Shown here: piece by piece, positions 50,617 to 61,959 of the stretch
How the letters are laid out: every line of letters begins with the position of its first letter
Numbering within the stretch: position 1 is the first letter of the stretch
NCBI RefSeq assembly: GCF_006345805.1
Contig: NC_042997.1
Span: 194,866,001-194,930,000 of the forward strand
Length of the DNA: 64,000 nt
Origin: Octopus sinensis
Taxonomy: Eukaryota
Reading direction: 5' to 3'
The notes under the pieces: model-generated
What the model was told of the DNA's origin: nothing
Database searches by the model: none
What the model saw: only the letters and a program-made list of their open reading frames with translations
Translations under genes and position numbers: made by a program

Positions 50617-50662
50617 GACACCTGAAGAAGGCTGGAGGGTATATCAGCCGAAACGTTGTGTT
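50617..50662 (+). ncRNA. Minimal type I hammerhead ribozyme motif
   Basis: GACAC-CTGAAGA-A-GGCTG(GAGGGTATAT)CAGCC-GAAA-CG-T-T-GTGTT; palindromic ACGT stem III, GUU triplet. Confidence 0.7.
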
Positions 50663-51209
50663 AACAACAAACAAGATGAAGACAAATATCTGTCGAATGT
50701 AAATAATGTATATAATTCCTCATCTCTTAAATATAGAACATTAAAAGCAGTGTAAATTAACAGAAATATGCAAATGAAAGGGTTGATAAACAATCTTAGT
50801 TTGTATTTCTAGACTGTTACAATGAAATATCACTATAATAATATACATTCATCGTCGTCGTCGTCATCATTATCATCATCATCAGTGTTTCACACCAGTT
50901 TTTTCACACTGGCATCAATAAGAAGATATAACATGGATTAAGAAGTCTAAGGAATTTCTCAAACAATTTCTGTCTATTTTAGTAAATAAACACAAATTTC
51001 AGGATATTTTAGCAAATAAATACAAAATTTCTGGGTATTTAAAGAAATAAATACAAATTCCTGTGTATTTTATCTAATATTACAAATTTCTGGGGATCTT
51101 AGCTAATAAATATAAGACAAGTTAAAATTTTCCACAAATAACAAGAAGTTTGTTTTGTTGACAAAAAAAAAAAAAACCCCATCCCCCACAAAACTACAAA
51201 GGCTCTTAC

Positions 51210-51365
51210 CAAATAAATATCACAGAAATTCTGAATCCAGAACTTGCGTAAGGAATTGGTAACTAACTGTAGATCATAATTGCGGAATTTTGGGTCGCAG
51301 TAGTGTATTGTTTCAGTGAGAACACTAAGGATCCATTTATCAATAGCAGATTCATGACCAGACAA
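51210..51365 (-). CDS. VARS2: ValRS exon (LSGHESAIDKWILS...FWIQNFCDIYL)
   Basis: D.WILS and FW..FCD.YL motifs; tag/GTAAGA; phase 0/0. Confidence 0.97.
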
Positions 51366-51491
51366 CTAAAAAGGGAAAGAGTGAGAGAAGAGATGGAGTT
51401 TAAGAATAGACTGTAAAACAGAAAACAGAACAGAGCTAAAAAACACATGATTATGAAGCAATAGTGAAGACTATACTATAGTTCAGCTGAT

Positions 51492-51798
51492 TGTTTGTTC
51501 CTTCTCGAGCCATGCCTAGCTCATAAGGGCCAGTTTCCTGGTTTCCTTGGCGTATAGGTTCCCCACCTGGATGGGACACCGGTCCGTCGCAGGTGAGCTG
51601 CAAGATGCAGGAGGAAAGAGTGAGAGAAAGTTGTGGCGAAAGAGTCAGCAGAAGTTTGCCATTACCTTCTGACGGAGCAGCGTGGAGCTTAGGTGTTTCG
51701 CTCATAAACACACACATCGCCCGGTCTGAGATTCGAACCTGCGATCCCTCGACCGCAAGTCCACTGCTCTCTCTAACCACTAGGCCATGTGCCTCCAC
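51492..51798 (-). mobile_element. tRNA-derived SINE family F with a V-domain-like core
   Basis: 12-bp TSD AGTTCAGCTGAT; head GGAGGCACATGGCCTAGTGG...GGTTCGAAT; CTGCGACGGACCGGTGTCCCATCCAGG resembles the V-SINE domain. Confidence 0.88.
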
Positions 51799-52647
51799 AG
51801 TTCAGCTGATGAAGACTAAGATCCAGAAATGCTTAGAATTGTCTCCCTTGCTTGCTCAACCAAAGAATAATGTTAGATCAAAAATGTTTGAGAACCACTG
51901 ACTTAACCATTTAGCATCTAAACTAGCCACATCTGGCCCAAATTTTCTGTGTCATGTTCAAACCAGCCAGATCTGACCTCTCACACTTACCCTACAATGT
52001 CATTGTAAAAATAAACCATCACATCATTGAAATTTCAAAGCCATAAAATAATGCTGCTGCTGCATCACTGCCCCACCCCACACCACCACTCATCATCATC
52101 TACATTTAGTGTCTGCATTCCATGCTGGCATGGGTTAGACGGTGTGACTGAAACAGGTAAGCTGGAGGATTGCAGAAAGTTCCAGTCTGATTTGGCAGGG
52201 TTTCTATGGCAGGATGCCCTTCCCAACACCAACCACTCCAAGTGTGTAATCGGTGCTTTTTATGTGTCACCAGCACAGGTGCCAATTACGTGACACTGGC
52301 ACCAGCCATAACTATGATTTCACTTGGCTTGACGAGTCTTCTCAAGCATGGCGTATCACCAAAGGTCTCGGTCATTTATCATCTCTGTGAGGCCCAACGT
52401 TTGAAAGGTGCTTTTTACATGCCACCAGCATGGATGCCTGTTATGTGACACTGGCATCAGCCATGACTACAATTTCATTTGGTTTGATGGGTCTTCTCAA
52501 GCGTGACATATCACCAAAGGTCTCGGTCACTTTCATTCAAAACAGTTTGAACAAATAAGCATTACAAATGACAAAAAGCAATCTGAGTGCTAAAGAGGTA
52601 ACCACTGTGCCTGTGTTGAGGGGGAAACTCAAAGCAATCATACTTAC

Positions 52648-52775
52648 TGCGAATGGTCGCTTGGGAGTGAAAGAATCTTCTTGGTTGAGGTGAATGAATC
52701 TTGAAGCTTGCCATATTTTATTACAGAAGAATTTTGAACTTTTGATATGGTCCATTTGAATGTTGATGGTTTGCA
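52648..52775 (-). CDS. VARS2: ValRS exon (QTINIQMDHIKSSKFFCNKIWQASRF...)
   Basis: FCNKIW motif; cag/GTAAGT; phase 1 to 0. Confidence 0.97.
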
Positions 52776-53781
52776 CTGTAGCAAAAGAAAAAAAGAAAAC
52801 CCCAGTTGCAATATGTATTTTTTACATTGCCACAAATCTACAAATTTAGGGTGAAAGAGTAGGGGTCTATGAATGATGGGTAGGGGACATTTTGGCACAG
52901 TGCTGCCTATTTGGTGTCACTGACTTATTTGATATCAGACATTTTAATAACACTGCCACTGCCATCATGATGCTGGCATTGGTCGGATGATTTGACTGGA
53001 GCTGGAAAACCAGAGGATTGCACCAAACTCTTCTTTCTGCTTTGGTATGGTTTCTATAATTGGATGCCCTTCCTAATACCAACCACTTCATAAAGTATAC
53101 AGGGTGCATTTCATGTGGCACCATAAATGTGCACCATATGTGGCATAAGTGTTTTAAATACATATTTCTTTATTACCCACAAGGGGCTAAACACAGAGGA
53201 GACAAACAAGGACAGACAGATGGATTAAATCGATTATATCGACCCCAGTGCATAACTGGTACTTAATTTATCGACCCCGAAAGTATGAAAGGCAAAGTCG
53301 ACCTCGGCAGAATTTGAACTCAGAACGTAACGGTTTATGAAATACCGCTAAGCATTTTGCTCCGCATGCTAACATTTCTGCCAGCTCGCTGCCTTCTTTA
53401 AAAACAGCTGATTGAAGAAGACTGCTACCACTATTGTTACTATCATCATCATCATCATCATCTACATCGAAAACAAATCAATGAGGTAGTGCCAATGTGA
53501 TCTCTCATTCTAGTAGAAATGGCAGTCATAGTTCCCTCAAGTCATACCCTGCCATATAGAACAAACAGGAAAATATTGAACAATATGGTCACTGATGCAC
53601 AAGTAACCTAATTGATCACAGATGGAATGATTTTGATCATTTTGTTTGTGTGGTAAGAAGTAAGCTTCTTACCACACCACACTGAATGGCTATGAGGGTC
53701 GGGTGGAATAAAATAGGGAATCAAAGGAGTCCATAAACAAAAAATGGTTAAGGAAAACTGAGATAAAAGAATGTAACTTAC

Positions 53782-53929
53782 ATTTGAAATTATAAGAACA
53801 AAGCGTGAATCTAAGAGCATCAGCGCCACACTGTGGAATACCATGTGGGAAGTTTTTGTGTTGCTCTTTTTTACAATGTTCAATTTCCTTTTTGTCAAGA
53901 ACACTACTGTCCAGTTGGCTCTGAAGGTC
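53782..53929 (-). CDS. VARS2: ValRS exon (DLQSQL...NFPHGIPQCGADALRFTLCSYNFK)
   Basis: FPHGIPxCGxDALRFTLCS, recalled as closest to mitochondrial VARS2; cag/GTAAGT; phase 0 to 1. Confidence 0.97.
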
Positions 53930-55287
53930 CTGTAAAGGCGAGAGATGACAATCTCAATACACACGTCTATAGAGAAACAAAGCCATGCTAGTTACAAAGA
54001 AAAAACAATAAGCTTCTTTTGGAATTTTTAAAAATTCCATATGTCTAACACTTGTGGACATCATCATTATCATCATTGTTTAACATCCGTTTTCCATGCT
54101 AGCATGGGTTGGACGATTTGACCGGGGTCTGGGAAGCCAGGAGGCTGCACCAGGCTCCAGTCTGATCTGGCAATGTTTCTACAGTTGGATGCCCTTCCTA
54201 ACGCCAACCACTCCGTGAGTATAGTGGGTGCTTTTTACGTGCCACCGGCACAGGTGCCAGGGGAGGCTGGCAATGGCCACAATTGGTTGATGCTTTTTAC
54301 GTGCCACTGGCACGGAAGCCAGCCAAGGTGGAGCTGGCATCGGCCACATTCAGATGATGCTTTTTATATTCCACCATCATGGGTATCACAACTACAATTT
54401 CCATTTGATTTTTATTTTGATGTTGATGTACTTGACTCAATAGGTTTCCTCAAGCACAGCAGGTTGCCCCACGATCCAAGGTAAGCACAGCAGGCCATCC
54501 TGCAACCCAAGGTACTTTGAATGGGCTGGGGCTGGTTGTGTTAAGCTGGTGTAGGATACAGTCATGAACTCACTTTATTTGTCATGCTTACAAAATCAAG
54601 GAAGAACAAGACAGCACCCATGACTTTTGGAAACATTTTTTTCTTGTTTACAATTGCTGAAGCATGGAATAAACTACCTGCATCAGTTGTTGGCTGTTGA
54701 GACACTACATCCTTCAAAACTTCCATGCTTCCTGAAATTCACCAACAGTACACCTGATGTACCCCATTCCCAGTTCTTTTTCTTCCTTTCTCTCCTTTTT
54801 GTTTAGACTTTTTCACTGTTCACTTCCTGTGCATATTCTATGTATTGTTCTTGCAGTTTCCGTTACTTTTTCTGATGAGTTTTAGCGCACATGATCACTG
54901 TATACAATAAGTTCATTATCATCATCATTATTAATATTATTTTGATATGAAAACTTACAGCTTATTTTGCTGGATATGACAGAAAGTGTCAGCTGTCCAC
55001 AGCCAGCAGACTAAGGTGACATTTGTTTACTGGTCATGCTTCAAGAACCCTGCGAAGAATTCTTGCAGTTCCAAGCAATGCTGATTTTTGTAGGTGTTCT
55101 ACCTTCACACTTGCACCAATCTTTTTCAGCCATGTTCATAGTTGAGTGCTGATACTTCCAAGTGCACCAATTACTATTGGTATCACGTCTACTCTCTTCA
55201 TTGACCACAACCTTTGTATTTCCCACTTTAAATCATCATTATCATTATTAAGAGAAAAAAAGACCAGACTTTAGAAAAAAAGTTTAC

Positions 55288-55392
55288 CTTTAAGGATATA
55301 CCATTAATGACATTCAATGGATCAATCACATTTCCTTGAGATTTACTCATCTTTCTACCATCGGAGTCTCGGATAATTCCATGCAATAAAAT
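55288..55392 (-). CDS. VARS2: ValRS exon with KMSKS loop ([35 protein letters not shown])
   Basis: Class I KMSKS signature; cag/GTAAAC; phase 0/0. Confidence 0.98.
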
Positions 55393-55805
55393 CTGCCAAT
55401 ATACACAAAGGAGAAAAATAACAACACAGATATATTCCATTGTGCACATAACACAGAAAATCCACCCACTTCTTACTTTTCTTCAATATATTCCAGTATA
55501 TTCATCTTTTACTTGCTTCAGTTATTAGACTGTGGCCATGCTGGAGCACCACCTTGAAGGTTTTTACTTGAGTAAATCAATCCCAGTATATCTTTTATCT
55601 TTTACTTGTTTCAGTCAATGAACTGTGGCCATGCTGGAGCACCACCTTGAAAACTTTTAGTTAAATGAATCAACTCCAGTATTTTAGCTTTTTTAAGCCT
55701 TGTACTTATACCATTCTCTTTTGCTGAACTAGTTGTCAAGCAGTGGGAACACAGACACACAGACATTAACACACACATATGCATATCATCATCATCATCA
55801 TTTAA

Positions 55806-56027
55806 CCCTTTCATTACCCTAGTTATTTTGAGATGCTCTGTGTTTCCTTTTCAATTACTTTAAATATAACAAACAATTTAGTAAAATAACTTAGTTATCA
55901 TTAAACAAGTGTTAGGAACATTAATTGTGATTAAGGTTTGGTGGAAGATTTTAATTCAAAACTTATGAAAACACAACATTTGTACTCAGATCCAGAGCCA
56001 GTTTCAGCCAGGTTAGTAACGAAAGGA
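55806..56027. mobile_element. piggyBac-like MITE
   Basis: TTAA TSD; same family as 33376. Confidence 0.88.
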
Positions 56028-57117
56028 TTAATGTCTATTGTCCATGCTGGCATGGGTCGGATAGTTTGACTGGGATGGCACGCTGAAAGGCTGCACCAGA
56101 CTCTCTCTCTTTCTATATACATATATATGACAGGCTTCTTTCAGTTTCTGTTCACCAAATCCACTCACAAAGCTTTGGTCAACCTGGAGCTATAGTAGAA
56201 GACACTTTCCAAAGGTGCTACATAACAGGACTGAACCTGGAACCATGTGGTTGGGAAGCAAGCTTCTTACCACACAGCCACAAAAGAGTAAACAAAATGC
56301 AAATATACTGCATAGTGAATACAACTGAAAATCCCCACTGCCTGTATTCCAATGTATACACAACATAATAATAAAACCTCCAAATGTATTCTATATTGCT
56401 CTTTGTACTGGTCAATGCCAGTGCTGTCTGACTGGGTCCCATGCTGGTGGCACATAAAAAGCACCCACTACCCTCTCGGAAAGGTTGATGTTAGGAAGGG
56501 CATCCAGTTGTAGAAACATTGCCAGATCAGATTGGAACCTGGTGCAGCCTCCTGGCTTGCCAGTCCTCAGTCAAGCCGTCAAACTCATGCCAGCTTTTTA
56601 TGTGGCACAAGCACAGGCGAGGTCACTTTTGGCAATGTTTTTACAGCTGGATGCTCTTCCAAACGCCAACCACTTTACAATGTGGACTGGGTGCTTTTAA
56701 GTGGAACCAGCACTGACAAGGTCACCAAGTACTTGCAAGACAAAAAACTTTTTAGAGGGGAAGAGGCACTGGAGGAGGTGATGATGAAAAAATTATAGTG
56801 AGACAGATACAGGTGTCTTGCTGTAGAGGAAGTACAAGGTTACCTAACCGGAGAGGGAAAGATCAGGAATGAAGACAGAAACAGGTGTGCTACTGCAAAA
56901 AAAAATATTTAGTAATTTATAAACATATGTATAATTAGACATGGTTGTAGAAGACTCCAAAGCGGATGAATAGAAGATGAAGAAGATGAATAGACGATGA
57001 AGAAATATAAGAAGAAAAGACAGAAAATAAAAAGAAGGAAGGTGGAAAAGAAGAAGGCAGAGAATAAATATAAGGCAATAAACCAAAAAAAAAAAATGAT
57101 ATTTAGTATATACTGAC

Positions 57118-57243
57118 CTTATCGAAAGGTAACTGTCCTGTTAACTTCTGTCCCAGCATCACCATTCTGGCCACCCAGAAGAACAAGATATCATGGCCGG
57201 TCTCAAGAAGGTTGGTTGGGTAGAAAGATTCAAAGTCAACTGT
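57118..57243 (-). CDS. VARS2: ValRS exon ([42 protein letters not shown])
   Basis: [14 protein letters not shown] ValRS motif; cag/GTCAGT; phase 0/0. Confidence 0.98.
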
Positions 57244-58143
57244 CTGCAGTAGATAAAATAAAAAGGAAATAAAGACATATATTAGGATTATGAAGGTCAA
57301 TAAGAAGAAAAAGCATGAACCATGGAACTCATACAAACGCACGAAATTTACTGAATCATCATTGCTGATATACAGCATCACTACCAGTTACCTCAGACTA
57401 TGTTTTATACATGTGTGTATGTGTAAGAGAGATAGAGAGAGAGAGAATGAGTGAATGTATGTGTGTCTGTGTGTGTAAGACAGGGGGAGAGACAGAGTGA
57501 GTGAATGCGTCATCATCATCATCGTTTAACGTCTGCTTTCCATGCTAGCATGGGTTGGACGATTTTGACTGAGGACTGGCGAACCAGATGGCTGCACCAG
57601 GCTCCAATCTTGATTTGGCAGAATTTCTACAGCTGGATGCCCTTCCTAACGCCAACCACTCCAAGAGTGTAGTGGGTGCATTTTACGTGCCACTGGTATG
57701 GGGGCCAGACAGGCGGTACTGGCAACGACCTCGCTCGAATCTTTTTACACATGCCACCAGCACAGGTGCCAGTAAGGCGACGTTGGTAATGATCACGCTT
57801 GAATGGTGCCCTTTTACATGCCACTGGCACGGAAGCCAGCTGGCTGCTCTGGCAACAATCACACTCGGATGGTGCTCTTGGCACCCTACTAGCACGGGCA
57901 TGTATGTGTATGAAGAGAGAAAGTGTATGTGTGTGTTTGAGTGTTTTATAGTTACACATGTTTGTGTGGTTGAGAGGTTCACTTCACAACCACAGGGTTT
58001 GAAGCTTAGCTCCACTTTGTGACCGGCAAGGTAAGTGCCTTTTACTGTAACCCATGGCTGACGAATGCCTTGTGAGTGAACTTGTTTAATGAAATCTGTA
58101 CAAAACCCATTGTGTGTGTATGTATGTGTATACATATATATGT

Positions 58144-58452
58144 GGAGGCACAATGGCCCAGTGGTTAGGGCAGTGGACTCGCGGTCGGAGGATCGCGGTT
58201 TCAATTCCCAGTCCAGGCGTTGTGTGTGTTTATTGAGCGAAAACACCTAAAGCTCCACGAGGCTCCGGCAGGGGGTGGTGGCGACCCCTGTTATACTCTT
58301 TCGCTCCAACTTTCTCTTACTCTTTCTTCCTGTTTCTTGAGTAACGCTGTGATGGACTGGCATCCCGTTCAGCTGTGGGGGAACACATATGCCATAGAAA
58401 CTGGGAAACCGGGCCCATGAGCCCGGCTAGGCTTGAAGAGGGCACATAAAAT
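58144..58452 (+). mobile_element. SINE family F (V-domain-like)
   Basis: Homologous to 51492-51798; GCTGTGATGGACTGGCATCCCGTTCAG. Confidence 0.85.
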
Positions 58453-59620
58453 ACATACATACATATATATATACATAAATCATTTTCATCATCGTTTAAT
58501 GTCATTTTTCCATGCTGGCATGGGTTGGAGGGTTTGACAGGAGTTGACAAACTGGAGAGCTGCACCAGACTGGATGAAAATAAAAACATCATCATTTCAC
58601 ATGTTTTCCATGCTGTTATAGGTTAGACAGTTTGACAGGAACCACACCAGGTTCTATTGTGTGTTTTGGTATGGTTTCTACAGTTGGATGCCCTTCCTAA
58701 TGCAGCACCTGTGCTGGTGGCATGTGTAGAACATCTTTTGAATGTTGGGCCTCATGAAGGCAAAGTGGCTGAGTTCCTTTCAAGTGTTAGACCTCATGGA
58801 GGCAATGACCAAGACCTTTGGCATTATATCATGCTTGACAAGAAGACTCATCAAGCTGAGCAAAATCATAGTCATGGCAGATACCGGTGTCACCCAAATT
58901 GGCACGTAAACACGCCCTGGTGTCACGCAAGTAGCACCTGTACTGGTGGTGGCACATAAAAGCACCCATTACACTCTTGGAGTGGTTGGTGTTAGGAAGG
59001 GCATCCAGCCATAGAAAACCATACCAAATCAGACTGGAGTCTGGTGCAGCCTTCCAGCATGCCAACCCAGTCAAACCGTCCAACCCATGCCAGCATGAGC
59101 AACAGATGCTAAATGATGATGATATATATATATATAGGTTATGAGACGTAATGGTATCAATAAAACCCAAAGGTGTCAGGTAATACTAGACCATAGTTAA
59201 GCTCCAGGTTTGGTGATTATGCAAATAAGGAGTCCAAAGTAGGTAATATATCAGCGTGTGTATATATAAAAAAATTTTTTATCATCATCATCATCGTCGT
59301 TTAACGTCCGTTCTCCATGCTAGCATGGGTTGGACGGTTCGACCGGGGTTCTGGGAAGCCAGAAGGCTGCACCAGGCTCCAGTCTAATTTGGCAATGTTT
59401 CTACAGCTGGATGCCCTTGGGCTTCTTTCAGTTTCCACCTTCCTAATCCATTCAAAAGCCTTTAGTTGATTTGGAGCCATAATAAAAGACACTTGCCCAA
59501 GGTGTCGCACAGTGGGCCTGAACCTGAAGCCATGTGTTTGGGAAGCAAACTTCTTAATCACACAGCCATGCCTGCACATAAAAGCAAAAATTAAAATTAA
59601 TTTTTTAAAAAAATGCCTAC

Positions 59621-59691
59621 TTTTTCTGGCCATCCAAATACTGAAAATGGAAGCAATGCTGATGAAAACCAAGTATCCAAGACATCTTCAT
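59621..59691 (-). CDS. VARS2: ValRS exon ((D)[23 protein letters not shown])
   Basis: DVLDTWFSS motif; cag/GTAGGC; phase 1 to 0. Confidence 0.97.
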
Positions 59692-59787
59692 CTGGGAAAA
59701 TAAAAAATGAAATTGGTTTAATGTTTACTCTTTGAGAGAATAGATAATAAGTTGGAGGTTTTCTCTAAATATTTTCCAGCATATAGA

Positions 59788-60190
59788 GGTGGAAAACTGG
59801 CAGAATTGTTAGCATGCCAGGTAAAATGCTTAGCAGTATTTTGTCTGCTGCAAGGCGGCGAGCTGGCAGAATTGTTAGCATGCCGGGCGAAATGCTTAGC
59901 GGTATTTTGTCTGTATTTACGTTCTGAGTTCAAATTCCACCGAGGTCAACTTTGCTTTTCATCCTTTCGGGGTCAATTAAATAAGCACCAGTTAAGCACT
60001 GGGGTTGATGTAATTGACTTCATCCATTTGTCTATCCTCTCTGTGTTTAGCCCCTTGTGAGTAGTAAAGAAATAGGTATTTTGTCTGCTGCTACGTTCTG
60101 AGTTCAAATTCTACCAAGGTCAACTTTGCCTTTCATCCTTTCGGGGTTGATAAATTAAGCACCAGCGAAACACATGGGTCGATGTAATTG
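59788..60190 (+). mobile_element. SINE B multimer with duplicated head
   Basis: Heads at 59788 and 59854; tail-to-body junction at 60074/60075. Confidence 0.88.
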
Positions 60191-60508
60191 ACTGCTAGTC
60201 CCCTCCCCACAAATTTAAAGCCTTGTGTCTTTAGTAGAAAAGATATATTCAGTAGAAAAGATATATATTTTAGTAGAAAGGATATATTTTCCAATTTTTC
60301 AGGCCAAAATTTACAGCCCAAAAAAAGGTAGGTCAACTTATACACCAAGATGACTTTGGGGGACCAAAAATTCTGTGTGAAATGCAACAGGATTTGGAAA
60401 GATTGTGATGATGTTTCGGTGTTTCCACACCATGTCTATATTATATACTATGTCAACTTGTATGCTGGAAAATATGGTATAATATGATCAAGCAAGTAAA
60501 AAGATTAC

Positions 60509-60611
60509 CTTGTTTAAGAGTTATGTGTTCTTTGGGAACAGATAATTTCTCACTGGCTTTAGCTAGAGCTTCATCTTGGTTTCTGCCACTAACCCATATT
60601 CCAGTGGAACT
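60509..60611 (-). CDS. VARS2: ValRS exon (SSTGIWVSGRNQDEALAKASEKLSVPKEHITLKQ)
   Basis: WVxGRxxxEA motif; AAG|GTAATC donor phase 1; aag acceptor, 5' boundary uncertain. Confidence 0.9.
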
Positions 60612-60767
60612 CTTAATATATATACATATGAAAAAAAATAAATAAAAATAAAATAAAAATTAACCCACTTTTTCTTTTAAAGAAATGTTATAACAAATTT
60701 TAAAACATATTTAGCATAATACATAACCAATATAAATCAACTTTGCAATCTATGTTATAAAATTTTA

Positions 60768-61175
60768 GGCACAGGAGTGGCTGGGTGGTAAGTAGCTTGT
60801 TTACCAACCACATGGCTCCGGGTTCAGTCCCACTGCGTGGCACCTGGGGCATGTATCTTCTACTATAGCCTCGGGCCGACCAAAGCCTTGTGAGTGGATT
60901 TGATAGACAGAAACTGAAAGAAGCCCGTCGTATATATGTGTATATATATATGTGTGTGTGTGTTTGTGTGTCTGTGTTTGTTCCCCTAGCATTGCTTGAC
61001 AACCGATGCTGGTGTGTTTACGTCCCCGTTACTTAGCGGTTTGGCAAAAGAGACCGATAGAATAAGTACTGGGCTTACAAAAGAATAAGTCCCGGGGTCG
61101 AGTTGCTCGATTAAAGGCGGTGCTCCAGCATGGCCGCAGTCAAATGACTAAAACAAGTAGAAGAGAGTAAAGAGA
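60768..61175 (+). mobile_element. SINE family A, full length
   Basis: Colinear with the 7038-7435 copy. Confidence 0.9.
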
Positions 61176-61692
61176 GTTGCAAACCTACACAGATGTGCTA
61201 CAAAACTGCCTGGAGTCAGAATATCATCACCGTCATTTTACACACCTTTTCCATACTGACATGGGTTTGACGGTTTGACAAGATTCGATGAGTCAGAGGA
61301 AGAGGACTATGTCTTGTTCCAACATTTTACTTTGGTATAATTTCTATGACCTCCTAACACCAACTACTTTACCAAATGTATTGGGTGCATTTTTCTGGCA
61401 CCAACACTACAGGGGTTGTCTTGCTTCCAAGCAAGACTAAAGAATATTCTTAACTCTGCATTGTCTTTTGCTAATTTACTAACCACTTTATAAAGTGTAC
61501 TAAGAGCTTTTTATGTGGCACTAGTAATAATGAGAAGGAAGAGGAAGAGGTGACAGAAAACAACAAAAACAGGAAAGAAAAAGGAAGAAGAAGAAGAAGA
61601 AGGAGGAGGATGAGGAGAAGAAGAAGTATAAAAAGGATGGCCAAATCTAAAAGAAACAGGAAGGGAAGAGGAGGAATAAGTGGAGGAAATAC

Positions 61693-61783
61693 CGAGGTTG
61701 ATTGCTGAGGTGACGGCGTAGTGGTAGCGAAATAAGCAGGTATTTGGTGTCCCCACCACAATTGTCTGGAAATACACCAATCC
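61693..61783 (-). CDS. VARS2: ValRS exon ([30 protein letters not shown]), most 5' exon found in the window
   Basis: [15 protein letters not shown] motif; tag acceptor phase 2; GTATTT donor inferred. Confidence 0.93.
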
Positions 61784-61959
61784 CTAAAGGAGCAAACAGA
61801 ACAACATTGAATAGATTATGATAATTATAGTCACATATATTTGCATAAATTATGTATTAAGCTCTGCAACGCACACACGTGTAAATATGTATGTATATAT
61901 ATATATATATAATTTTAATCCAAAAGGGAAACAAAAAAACAACAACAACAGGAACAATT

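Larger units (their letters stand above)
50106..50782. mobile_element. piggyBac-like MITE carrying a nested insertion (50291-50742)
   Basis: TTAA|CCCTTT...AAAGGG|TTGA; nested block flanked by AAAAGCAGTGTA(C/A)ATT duplication. Confidence 0.8.

Noticed and set aside
51799-51841. CTGATGAAGACTAAGATCCAGAAATGC motif
   Set aside because: No valid stem III or UH junction; overlaps a SINE TSD
55340-55360. KMSKSQGN instead of the usual KMSKSLGN as a possible recoding site
   Set aside because: This position varies among ValRS enzymes; editing cannot be inferred from DNA
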